Of a stretch of DNA of 62,457 nucleotides, positions 11,530 to 24,399 are shown in pieces. Made by a program: the position numbers and the translations under genes. The stretch covers positions 50,469,364 through 50,531,820 of the forward strand of contig NC_068981.1 of the NCBI RefSeq assembly GCF_001194135.2, given 5' to 3'. A model generated the notes under the pieces. That model worked only from the letters and a program-made list of their open reading frames with translations. It was not told the DNA's origin and made no database searches. This DNA is from Octopus bimaculoides. Lineage: Eukaryota. Position 1 is the stretch's first letter. Each line of letters begins with the position of its first letter.

Positions 11530-12560
11530 TATATATAGGGAAAATTCACAAAAAATAAAAGACGAAGATGGATGGTGTAGACAATAAACATATGTATTAG
11601 TCTAATGTTCGGGAAGTGGAAAAGTCTCTTAACGTTTCCACAGAAAGGAACGCAGAAAGAAACAAGGAGACAAAATTAAGAATGTGTAGTGGCTAGCGAT
11701 CTATCATGGTGAATGCCGGACAGAGGAGTAACACAGGAGAGCTAGGAAGAAGGGGAGATAATTAAGTAGTGGTGATCCCCAAACGAAGTTGCGCGTGCGT
11801 GTCTGTAAGAGAATATGTATGTGTGTGTGTACGAGGGCTGGTGACGTTGACGTGTGCGTGTCTGTATGTGTAGGTGTGTGGATGTGGTGCTGGGAAGTGG
11901 TCAGTGTCTGTGTGTACGTGGTGGTGTGATGTGATGTGGTGTTGTGTGGCATGGTGGTGTATGGTGTAGAGGTGTGTGGTGTGGTGTGATGGTGCTGGGA
12001 GGTGGAGGAGGTGAGAGTGGGGAAAGCAAGGGTGGGGTGGGTTAGACTGAGGGTGGGGTAGAGGTGGGGCATGTGGGAGTGGGTGTAATGGATGGAATGG
12101 GGTGGAATGGATAAGGAAGGTGGGGTTGTATTGCGTAGTGGTGGGTTTACGAGGGAGGGGTGATGATGATAGGGGAAGGAGAAGGTGGGTAGGAGTGAAG
12201 GGAAGAGAGAAGGAGAGTAGGTGTGAAGAAAAGAAGTAAGAGTCGAAGCAAGAGAGGAGAGGTGGGTGGGAGAAAGTAGGTGTGGTGGAGAGAGGAGAAG
12301 GGAGGAGGTTAGATGAAGAGGAGAGGAGCCCATGTGTCGCAAAGGAGCGTAGAGAGAAGATTAATCCCTGTTCACGGCGAAGCGGGAGTCCGGATGGACC
12401 CTGTGCAATGACAATCCGAACACCGACAGGTGTTGCAAAGAGTGACCGGTAGAGCGGATATGGCGCGAGACCGGGATGTCATTGCCGAGTCGGATGTCTC
12501 GGAGGTGTTCCGCGAACCGGTCAGCCAAGAGGCGTCCCGTTTCTCCGATATATATATATA
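11530..12560 (-). mobile_element. 3' fragment of a Penelope-like element (Neptune-like): GIY-YIG endonuclease C-terminal half, C-rich 3' UTR and pLTR tail
   Basis: The minus strand of 12555-12310 reads YIGETGRLLADRFAEHLRDIRLGNDIPVSRHIRSTGHSLQHLSVFGL...[frameshift]...REQGLIFSLRSFATHG. This frame is not in the ORF track. (AT)n flanks both ends. Confidence 0.85.
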
Positions 12561-12561
12561 T

Positions 12562-12603
<42 letters not shown>

Positions 12604-15600
12604 GTGTGTGTATGTGCTGTAATATCCGATTCCTTGGTACGATAAAACCGCAATGATTAAGACCTAAACATATCATTCAATACTGAGTATGAGTAAAGTT
12701 TTACGAGATGGTCAAATGCAACTTCGATATTCGGTAACAGCAGACCTTTCACGTTACATTTATATAGTGATTGTTGGCTGTTGTATAAAAGTTTAGAGGA
12801 TTTGAAGTAAAGAACAAAGCAAAATGAAGAGAATGAAATGAAGTTCATTAGTAATGGTAAATATAGATCACTCAATCGCTATATTTCATGAAATAGTGAT
12901 GATAATTTTAACTGTTTAAAATGAAATTGAAATCATAATCTGCCAAAACTGTTTACATTGCTTGTATGCAAGAAATATATCACTGAGATAACGAAAATAT
13001 AGATTTGGAATAAATTGATCACCCATAACATGTTTGCCGTACCTGCACTCAGATCAACATCTGTCAATTCGTTTTGACGCTCGATGATATCCTGTATATT
13101 AATGCTAAGACATTCAAATCATTAACCCATACCAGGAACATCTACATTAAAAGTCATGTAGACCGGCTTTAATTAAAAGAAAGAATAGATGCAGAAGCCA
13201 AACAGAAAAGATCCATGTATCTTTTAGTAAGCAGTGGTAGTACATAGGTTCCGTGAAACTGAAGAGAAGGAGTACGTTAAACCGAGACCACAAATCTGGT
13301 ACGAGTGACTTCCAAGCGGCAGATAACGTCCGACCGGGCGATGTATGAATTCTGTCACCTTTATAGGCCATATGACCCAGTAAGGCAATAAACCAGAACA
13401 AATAAGACAACGCATCTGGTTTGATCATCAAAATGTTATGTCAATCCATCACCACCCACTGATGATATTATTTTATGAAACTTCAATGCAGGAAATGCGA
13501 ATTTCACGAAATCGAAATTTCAATACGAATTGTACAGAAGCGCAAGAAATACCACACAATATTCACTCCAATACATTGGCAATTCTATCAGGTTGGACCA
13601 TCTTTTATCAGACTGGAATGATTTGAAAGAGAGTTTTTATTAGCTACCTCGTTGCCATCAATAAAAAGAAAATCTTAAATCATTTGTAAATTTACGACTT
13701 TTATTAAGCAAAACGAGAATACTAAAATAAACCAAGTGTATTAAAAGCACCTAAAACAATTATTATTGTTACCATCATCATCATCATCATCAGCATCCTC
13801 ATCGTCAACATAATCATCATAATCATTATTTTTGGTATCATCATCCTCATCATCATCATCATCACCGCCATCATCATCATCATCATCTTAAAAAAATAAT
13901 GGCATTTTATTAGAAATCGGAATATGATAAAATACTATGTAATATAAAAAGAAATAGATTAGTATTTTATGATAAATATTTTGTTATAAAACCTGAATGA
14001 AGTACGTTTACTCTATAAAGATAACAGTGTAAAAATATAATATACAAGAAGGGTTTCAGAAAATAATTCAAACTATTATCTAATAATATATTTTGAGGAC
14101 TACCAATAAAATTTAGTACACCAATTCGAAGTGGATGATGAATATTTGAAAGTTTAGTTAACAAAGAAAAGGGAAAAAAATATATAGCCTCTAAGTTAAA
14201 ATGTTGAAGCAGCTGTCACATGATGCTTTTATAAAAATGAACAGAAAGAACCTGTGTTTCGCTTCGTCGACCGAGCGATGAGTTTTGCCACATAATCTGG
14301 AACACCACAGCCTTATAAGCTGATGGCTTGGTAATAATTCTGAATAATGTTGATAAATGAGTTCCCACGATTTCATTAGAATTTTAAAGGAGGAATATTC
14401 GTAATGATATTTGAGTCTCATATCATTTCTATCAATCATCAAAGAATCATCTCTGATCCTTATCATTGTCAATGAATCGACCACTTGTAAAAAAAAAACG
14501 TAAATCTTATGAAAATACAAACCTAATTCACATGAAGAATGAAATACGTGTTATCCCATTCCAATGCATACGTTTCTTCACCTCCTGCAAAATATAAGTC
14601 AACAGTTTGTTTTCATATTTTATAAAAAAACGAAAAAACGGGATGAAATTTCAATCTTGGATCAATAAAATAACTATAGCATTCTTTACGATAAAGACGT
14701 GATATTTATATATCGCACCAATACTAATTCTCTATGTTACTCTATGGTTTAATTTCAGGATGTCGGATGATTAGAGAACGTGAACGGTTGAGGGGACTTT
14801 GACCGAGATATTTTCCGTTTATGATGTTCCAATGTGTATAAACGTATAGGGTGAAAGGTTGTTTCATGTATATTGTATAAAAGCACACATTTCTTTAAGC
14901 TTTTTTACACTTCATCAATCTGCGTACGTTTATATACATAATTGCACAAGCAAGCACACAAACACGTGTATTTTATATATTTCTCTCTTGCAATGAACTA
15001 AAATGTCTAGGTATGCATATAAACAGGAACGAAGAAGAAAGAGTAAGTAAATATAAAAATAGTTTTAAAGTAATGTTAAATATATTAAAGAGGTGTAAAA
15101 ATTTACACGACCTCGTAAATAGGTTAAAATAGAATTTATGACACCAGTATTCGAGAACACGAAACAAGCACTCTAACCAATTTAACACACGTTTAATTCT
15201 TAAAGGAAGTTTTGAGCAAATTTGCAGGTCTGTCTCTTTCACTCTCTCACTCTTGGTATATATATATATATATATATGTACACACATATATATATGTTGT
15301 ATATTTACATGTAAACGTATATGGATGCATGCATACATGCAACAAAATGTCATATGAAACAATGAAATATATGAAGCTTACATATAAAAATATTCTACAC
15401 TCTGACAGAACGAAATGTAAACAGAATGAAAGAATTGTGCAGACGCAGACATTCAGAAACGAATATAGAAGAGACACACACACATTTACGTTTACATTCA
15501 TTCGATCCTAAAAAATTGAAATACATACTTTCGAACACAGATGCAAATACATCCGCATATACTTGCGCACATCTAAAATCTTCCTGTATTTTTTTTCACT

Positions 15601-16717
15601 GAAAATTCAGTATTCATTTGAAAGAACACGAATCAAGTTCAATAGTTTTGTGTTCATTGATGCATAATTTTCTCCTTCGCTGATCATCTACATATACCTT
15701 TAGTAGAAATGTTTTTAACTTTTTTTTTCTTTTCGGAGGGGCATAGTTCGTTTTTCTTTCATATACAAGATATTATTTTGTTGTTCCTGGTGCTGCTGTT
15801 TCTGCGATTGTTGTTATTGATATTCGTGGAATTTTTTCTTACTTTTGCTATTGCTGCTTCTTGTGATATAGAAAAGAAAATTTATGTAAGAAACCAGTTA
15901 AGTTTTCTTAAGTTTATTTCTAGTTTTTCTTCATTTTATAATATCATTTAAATTTTTAGATTCTTTATATCTGGGTTTCTTTCCTTACAGATGTTGTTGT
16001 ATTTGACGTCGATATTGTGACTGTAGCCGCTTTGGTTGCTTACCGGTGAAGGGTAATTCATTTATTCATTATATACTCTGGCGAATATTACTGCATGGAT
16101 AAAATATTCGTGTCTATCAAATTACACGTTTAAAGTTTGATGCATTTAACAAAGGAAAAATCTCAGCTTTACACTTCCTATTCATTCATCGTATAAATTT
16201 GTTCAAGAGAGTATGTTGCATTAGAAATGAATGGTATTAAAGGCAGTGTACTTTATCGAGTATTCTAGTAAAAGGAATTTCTTCTACATCTCACTCTATT
16301 CCGACAACTTATATATACGTTGAGTTAATATTTAAATCGCAGGAAATGAAACGACATTGTCCGTGTGAATAAGACCTACTCGATAAAATTGTCTCTTATT
16401 CATATATATATATGTATGAGTGAATGCATGTATGTATGCATAAAGGCATACGCGCGCACGTATATATTGTTGAGTATCCCTTCAGTATTTTCTTATTTCC
16501 AATTACTTTTATTTTCATTTACAAATAGTATGGAGAACAAAAAATATGTATACATGCAGATGCACACTTCAACAAACATACAAAACAGTTATACAGACAT
16601 ACACATACATGCGTACATGTATATATATATATATACACATACATGCGTACATGTATACATGTATACACATACATGCGTATATGTATACAAGAATAGGTAC
16701 ATATATACATACATACA

Positions 16718-16749
<32 letters not shown>

Positions 16750-17908
16750 GTATTGTTTGTGAGCAATGAAACATTGGGATTCAGTAAACCTCGATAAATA
16801 TCTGGTTTCAAAATATAACTTCTTGCTCGAATATCAATGATTTGTATTATTTATTTGCATTGGTGTACAGAATTTCCAATGGCAATATTGTGTTGATATA
16901 TGTTTAAAAGCATAAGTCAATACAGAATAATAATATTGATAGTTCTAGATTACTGATTTCCCGTGGGGAGCTTCAAAATAATGAGAGTAATAGACTTAAG
17001 AAGTATGACTAAGTTAAGAAAGTATTAGAAATGAAATGTTATATATTGATGCTCGGATCAGCACCTAATAGGAGAATGACAACAGCTATAAAAGCTTATT
17101 TCCCACTCGTCCAATAGTAATCTTCTGCCATATTAACCGACCTTATATAATAGATATACATGCATTAAGTATACTTGCTCGACAATTAAATACATGTATA
17201 TATGCATGAATATGTATGTAAGCATGCATATGCATATATGTATATATGTATGCATGTATGTATGTATGTATTATGTATGTATGTATGTATGTATGTATGT
17301 ATGTATATTATATACTGTAAGATTGGTTAGTATGAATTTTTGATTTTTCTGGTAATCTTAAACACCTGTTAAAGAGAAAAATGTAATATATCTTTCAGTT
17401 ATGCATTTTCACGGTCGAACGTTTAAAGGCATCCGCAATTCTTACAGTGGGAAAATATGGAAATATTGTAATGATAGTCAGGGCGATTACAGGGAAGATT
17501 TTCACCTGGAAATATGCTGGTGAAGATTTTACTAGTAGCAAGTGTTGTTGATGTTGTTAGGCAATGAGTTATGCGCTTGTGAAATTATACGAGGATTTGG
17601 AGATTTTCACCATCGCTAACGTGGCCGGGATCTTCGTTTTCAGATTGGTAAATGACATCAAAACGGCCAGTAGAATCCCAGGCCACGTTGTACCACCACA
17701 CCGAAGGTGTTATTAGTGACATGGTTAAGGATAACTTATCCCGACATGAATGTGCTTCTGTGCCCGAACAGAGTCTTTCATTATTGATTTTCTCAGAACG
17801 GTTTCGAGGAACGGTGTTTTTTTCATGGGATAGTCGCATATGATTCCTGATTTCATTTCTTGATATATGCGGTGTTGTTTCATATCGCACACATATTCAT
17901 ATACATGC

Positions 17909-18050
17909 ATGCATACCTACCTTCCTACCTACCTACCTACCTACCTACCTATCGACTTACCTACCTATCGACTTACCTACCTACCTATCGACTTAACTAC
18001 CTACCTCCTACCTACCTACCTACAAGCCTACATTCCTAACTATCTACCAA
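17909..18050. repeat. (CCTA)n microsatellite with recurrent TCGACTT interruptions
   Basis: ACCTACCTATCGACTT occurs three times at 17942-17995. Confidence 0.9.
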
Positions 18051-18110
18051 CTTATGTATATGCATATATATATATGCGTGTGTGTGTGTGTATTTATATA
18101 TATATATATA

Positions 18111-18143
<33 letters not shown>

Positions 18144-18366
18144 GATTGACCGTTGACTGAACACTATTNNNNNNNNNNNNNNNNNNNNNNNNNNNNNNNN
18201 NNNNNNNNNNNNNNNNNNNNNNNNNNNNNNNNNNNNNNNNNNNNNNNNNNNNNNNNNNNNNNNNNNNNNNNNNNNNNNNNNNNNNNNNNNNNNNNNNNNN
18301 NNNNNNNNNNNNNNNNNNNNNNNNNNNNNNNNNNNNNNNNNNNNNNNNNNNNNNNNNNNNNNNNNN

Positions 18367-18422
18367 CCTTTTGTTATTTACACCACCTGTCCTCGTCTGT
18401 TGTTGTTTTTTCGTACATTCTC

Positions 18423-18469
<47 letters not shown>

Positions 18470-18605
18470 GGGGTGTGTGTGTGTGTGTGTGTGTATAGTA
18501 GGCTCGAATCGTAAAAGACTTTCTATTCTTCCCGCGCGTTAAACTAATACACCTGTTTGTTGTTTATACTCGTGTCTTCGTCTTCTGTTTTACGGTAAAT
18601 TTCGA
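18367..18605 (+). mobile_element. Two tandem PLE terminal (pLTR) tail fragments (18367-18424, 18494-18605) separated by (AT)n(GT)n
   Basis: Both are homologous to the reverse complement of 11535-11650 (AGAC...CTAATACA...GTTTA...CTTCGTCTT...AATTT). Each ends in a microsatellite. Confidence 0.6.
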
Positions 18606-18608
18606 CAC

Positions 18609-18648
<40 letters not shown>

Positions 18649-19385
18649 AACATACATTATTTAAATCAGTTTGAACTGTCTTTCTCAATATTAGATTACT
18701 GAATGAAAAAACACACATTCATACGTTTATACACGAACACTGGAATGTACATACACATATACACACCTATATATGCGTCCAAAACATGTTCTCCCATGCA
18801 CGTGTACATTGCCGGCACTAAAGCACATGTATTCGTACACACCCACATACATACACCCACACACACTTCTTGAAATCTTCTATCAGCTCCTATGTACTAA
18901 GACTCAACTAGTTCAGTCAAACAGACCAAGAAATTTTCGTTTCTAACGCATTTTCTCTCGTTGAATTGCCGATCTCATCTCTAACAACACCGTGTGACCT
19001 ACCTCGACTAACAGCAGCCCATTTTCCAGTAGTCTTCTTGAACTTCCTGCGTTTCTTCATTGAGTAATCCAAGCCTGAACGAGAGGGGTTTTTATTAGAA
19101 GCCTGCGAATGTTTAACTTGCTTGGAGCCGAATAAAACATTTTGAAATAAGAGATGTTTATCCTACTAAATGTGTTGAGTGTCTCATTCTTTAGGTTGTC
19201 AACTTACTTGTGCACACAAACACACACAGACACAGGCACACAGACACACAGACACACAGACACAGATACACCATACATACACACACACACGCACACACAC
19301 ATATATATATAGAGAGAGAGAAGGAGAGTGGGGAGAGAGAGAAACAGAGACAAACAGACGAACAGACATGCACTTGATATATATG

Positions 19386-19427
<42 letters not shown>

Positions 19428-22400
19428 TGTGTCTGTGTCTGTGTGTGTGTGCGTGTGTGTCTGTGTATCTCAGGCAATTCTCCACAACCAGAATTTGAGT
19501 ATGAATGGGGGGGAAAATAGATTCATTTGGTCCAATATTTACAGTGAGAACGTGAAGCGCTTTAAGAGAAGTAATATGTTTCATACCAGCAGTATATTGG
19601 TTCTGTGTTCCACTTACCAGTAATCCATCTTGTAAATTCGCATATTACTGTTTCCTTTCCACTTTCCACTGTCTTATTCGAATTGTTTATAACATTTCTG
19701 TTTAGCTATTCGAAAGTCTATGAACTTCATGCATTCTCAAAGATTGATGGGATCGTCATCCCAAAGAATATTGGATTTGGACTTCCTTCATACTGCTGGG
19801 ATGAATATTTCACACCACTTACTATTCTCCATGTAACCATTCATTACTTATTTTCTGTGCTGTTTTCAAACTTTCAGACAGAAACAGAGCGTCTACTAGT
19901 TGGTGCCAGTGGCAAGCGACACCAGGAACGAGTAAGTAGTGACAACCAGTCAGGCTGCTATGGCTGCTCGAGATGCATAGACTCTGTGATTTGCAAATAT
20001 AGACCATGAGCTAGAAGGGGTCATGGTGCATCCCCCTTATTTACTTTAATGGCTATTTACATGTACAGAATAAATTTGCTTATCATTTGCATGAACCTGT
20101 AGATCATGACCAGGTAATCATTTTAAGTGGTCAGTTGAAATATTCTGGTGAAAAGTTGCAATTTAAGAGCTGTTTGAATTTTCCATACCCCTAATTTTCT
20201 GCCTCCAGCTGTAAAAGTGGGNNNNNNNNNNCCCAGTTTTTTTTTTTTTTTGCTGGCATTATCAATTTTATTACTTGTTAGTCACAGGGTTAAATGAAAA
20301 TACTCAGTAAAATAAGGCACAGGGAGTGCACCATGACCTTCTCTAGCCCATGGCCTAATAGGTTTTCTGCCATTAGAAATAGCAGGGAATATTTATGTAC
20401 TTTCCTTGCCCGCCTTTTTGTTCATAAGAACTTTGTTGTCTATATAGTCCCCCCCCCCAACCCGCCTATATATCGTTCACGGTTTTACAGGCATTCACAA
20501 CCTCCCTATACTATGCTAAAATCGAGATGGAAAATGAGGAATCAATATTAAACACAATTTCCTTCTTCACGATCTGAATAATNNNNNNNNNNCCTATATT
20601 ATGCTAAAATCGAGATGGCAAACGAGGAATCAATATTAAACACAATTTCCTTCTTCACGATCTGAATAATAGAGTGCAGCACTTATATCTGTTAGATGTA
20701 TGATTCACTAGTTGTCTGCTTTCTTACCCTGTTCTCAGGTGTGAAAACCAGGCATGCCGTCCCATTTGCCCAATTCAGAGCCATGAACGATAATAGTGGG
20801 CAATGCTATCTATGGATTTTACCATCAATGCATGGATATACAAGTGTGTTTGGGTGTTGCAGATGTCTTTAATCTTCCTTTTTCAACATCTTTAATTACG
20901 CGTTGTAATCATTGGTCTCATATGTCTTTAGTTTATCGTGGAATAGTCACTCACTTGTGTTCGCCGCCATTTGTCGCACGCAACGCTTGAGAAAAAATTG
21001 CTGTCAGTTTCATATGGGATGCTCAAAACAAAATGTTCCCGCTTTAAAACTGGCTTCTTTTCTTATGCAGATGTATCATATTTTACTGATATCTTGTAGT
21101 TTATGCAATCAATGTCATTCAACTTATTCAACATGACATTTTCTTGAGCGTTAACATATTCTTCATGGTCAATACATGAGTCTTCCTGTGAAAATATACA
21201 AAAGATTGTCTTTGTTCATAACATTCGTATTAAGTTTTTTGAAAAGAAGCCGGATTTGTTCATGGCGTACAAAAAAGAAAATGTAAGTGTGCACATAAAT
21301 AATGGTTCTTGTATCAAACGGGGAATGAGTTAGGCATTATAGGTTTCTAGTAGTTTTTTTTTTTTTTTTGCAAAAGAATTTATATCTCTTCCACTTGCCT
21401 ATATGAATATCGAAAACTAACAGAACTAACAACAGAAAAGTTATATCACTAGTAACTCAGCGATGAAGCCAGAAGAAGCCAGGAACTGATCAACATAAAA
21501 TACCAGTTCTCAGTGAACGGTGCATATGCATTGCATTTTAACTATAATTACGCCACGATTCCGTTGACGATTATCTCTTACCACTTATGTGTATCTAAAA
21601 TTATATAATCGAATGTTTCAACGCCGGAGTTGATAGACTTTAAATGGAAATGCTGTGGTTGCTGTTTCTATTATCTCGAATTACCAGCTACCTCTTTTAT
21701 GGTTTCTTCCTAGTGTTTGTCTGTAAAACGGTCACATAAAACTTTTCGTATCTTGGACAGCCGCACGATGCGTATTGAGTGTAAAACTATTTGCGAATGA
21801 TGCTAAATTCAGCTACTCGCTCACAAGAGATCAGAATCTGTTCATAATCTTTAAATTAAATAGCATCGGAGAAATTTGCCTGAAATATTACTATTGTCCA
21901 AACTGCTATAGCTAGTGAATCATTTGCATAATTACATTTGATATAATATTATACTCTGTCAGGAGCCTATGATTGATCTACACACAACTTAAGGCCACAC
22001 CCCTTCTAAAGACGCTGATATCGTTTGTAGCATCAGCTGTTTCTCAATATTTCGTTGTAGCCCAGTCATCTACCGATCTCACTTAATACTTAAGATGTTT
22101 CTAGAAATAACGCTACCTCAATGTCAACACTATCATCGCGTTCAATAAGCCATGCTTCCTAGACTGCACATTAGTTCGTTAAAATAGCGTTTTAAGATTC
22201 AGCCTGTTGGAGACTATCAGATGATAAATGAAATTAACATAAATATTTATGTAAAGATTATTATAAAACATGAAATTAGCTACAACATTGTAAAGCAATA
22301 ACAAATGAAATACAACATTTTAATGTGAAAACTGAACTATGATGGAATCTGATTGCCTGATTAATACACTAGCTTTCTCTCCTAAAAGAATTCAGGAATT

Positions 22401-22494
22401 AAATTGAATAATTTTCTTGAACATGTCTTTGGCGATTTATTGTCTCTGATGCAGTTAAATAGCTGATTCTGGAAGAGGTGAATCTCATAATCGG

Positions 22495-22496
<2 letters not shown>

Positions 22497-22545
<49 letters not shown>

Positions 22546-22573
22546 TTATCTTTCTATCTATCTATCTATCTAT
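22497..22573. repeat. (CTAT)n microsatellite
   Basis: Direct reading. Confidence 0.95.
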
Positions 22574-23117
22574 GTACCACTTGAAAAGGAGGATGAGGAT
22601 AGAGAGAAAAGTGTTGTCGAATGANNNNNNNNNNNNNNNNNNNNNNNNNNNNNNNNNNNNNNNNNNNNNNNNNNNNNNNNNNNNNNNNNNNNNNNNNNNN
22701 NNNNNNNNNNNNNNNNNNNNNNNNNNNNNNNNNNNNNNNNNNNNNNNNNNNNNNNNNNNNNNNNNNNNNNNNNNNNNNNNNNNNNNNNNNNNNNNNNNNN
22801 NNNNNNNNNNNNNNNNNNNNNNNNNNNNNNNNNNNNNNNNNNNNNNNNNNNNNNNNNNNNNNNNNNNNNNNNNNNNNNNNNNNNNNNNNNNNNNNNNNNN
22901 NNNNNNNNNNNNNNNNNNNNNNNNNNNNNNNNNNNNNNNNNNNNNNNNNNNNNNNNNNNNNNNNNNNNNNNNNNNNNNNNNNNNNNNNNNNNNNNNNNNN
23001 NNNNNNNNNNNNNNNNNNNNNNNNNNNNNNNNNNNNNNNNNNNNNCCCCCAAGAAAAGCTCTACATTGTAATTTGTCCATTTTCTGTATTTAGCCCTGTG
23101 TGGCTATAATAAAAAGA

Positions 23118-23149
<32 letters not shown>

Positions 23150-23199
23150 CATCTATATATCTATCTATATGTGTGTGTAGGGGGGTATGCATATATTTG

Positions 23200-23506
23200 G
23201 AGCACTCCGTCAATTACGACAACGAGGGTCCCAACTGATGCGATCAATTGAACAGCTTGCTCATGAAATTAACGTGCAAGTGGTTGACACATGTAACCTT
23301 AACGCAGTTCTCAAGCAGATTGAAGTTGACGCAAAGTGTGACACGACAAGCCCTTAGAAATACATGTACTACTCATTTTTGCCAGCTGAGTTGACTGGAG
23401 CACCTGAAATAAGATGTACTCAAGGACACAACGCTTCGCCGGGAATTCAACTCACGACCTTACGATCGTGAGCCGAAAACCCTAACAACTAGGCCACGCG
23501 CGTTCA
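23200..23506 (-). mobile_element. tRNA-derived SINE family B with CORE-like central domain
   Basis: Reverse complement has A box TGGCCTAGTTG and B-box-like GAGTTGAATTCC, then GTTGTGTCCTTGAG...CTCCAGTCAACTCAGCTGGCAAAAATGAGTAG. Confidence 0.75.
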
Positions 23507-24172
23507 CACACACACATACAACCACACACACACACACACGCATGCACACACACACACGCACACACACACATGCATATATATATANNNNNNNNNNNNNNNN
23601 NNNNNNNNNNNNNNNNNNNNNNNNNNNNNNNNNNNNNNNNNNNNNNNNNNNNNNNNNNNNNNNNNNNNNNNNNNNNNNNNNNNNNNNNNNNNNNNNNNNN
23701 NNNNNNNNNNNNNNNNTTTATAAAGAATTTTCTGGGGTTTGCCAAGCTAGGGATAATAAAGAAGAACAAAATTGTTTGAGCAGGAGGAGCAGGTAAAGCG
23801 ACGCTGCTTTTGTATGCTCAGACTTTTTGTTTAGTACTTAGTGGCCTTTGAAGGTGAGAAGAAAAAGGAAAACGAACATTTATATTTGAATTGCTTGAGG
23901 TGTTAATTGAAAAACAAGATTTTTTTTTTTTTACTTTCTTCAGTAAAAATTATAATTGCATTTCCAGGACTTGCTCTTTTGTGTTTATTAAATTATAGTA
24001 GAATGGATGTGGTCAAACTATTCTGATTGAAATTCTAGATGATTTCGAAAGATTGATTTTTTTGTTCACTGTACGCCCACACAGCTATCATACACATACA
24101 TATATACACACAAACACCCCCCGCACACATATGTAAATATATATACACATACATATGCACACAACCACATAT

Positions 24173-24239
<67 letters not shown>

Positions 24240-24262
24240 NNNNNNNNNNCACACACACACAC

Positions 24263-24295
<33 letters not shown>

Positions 24296-24399
24296 TACAC
24301 ACACAAAGACGTCTATATATGTACATGTTCATATTTGTCTCGCATACACATACCACGCATACGTAGGAACACATGATTTTAAAAGAATAACTAGTTAAT

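Noticed and set aside
10582-11591. Long ORFs of 160-362 aa spanning N-runs (also at 22.6, 26.8, 43.1 and 45.6 kb)
   Set aside because: They are open only because Ns contain no stop codons.
11704-12342. 212-aa Ser/Pro/Thr/His-rich ORF
   Set aside because: It is the low-complexity C-rich 3' UTR of the PLE fragment; such composition lacks stops by chance.
13130-13430. Possible RTE-like 3' end
   Set aside because: The resemblance is too weak to support from the sequence alone.
14191-14520. 109-aa minus ORF with a possible splice acceptor
   Set aside because: No recognisable domain, a weak donor and no partner exons.
15620-15830. KVYVDD on the minus strand, resembling an RT catalytic motif
   Set aside because: No other RT motifs in the expected order; the context is low-complexity.
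17480-17890. GC-richer segment with a faint RGLGF motif (PLE N-terminus-like)
   Set aside because: The frames conflict and the evidence is too thin to assign a family.
20505-20670. 78-bp direct duplication either side of a 10-N gap (similar mirror at 24180-24300)
   Set aside because: Typical unmerged contig or haplotype overlap with three differences; most likely an assembly artefact.
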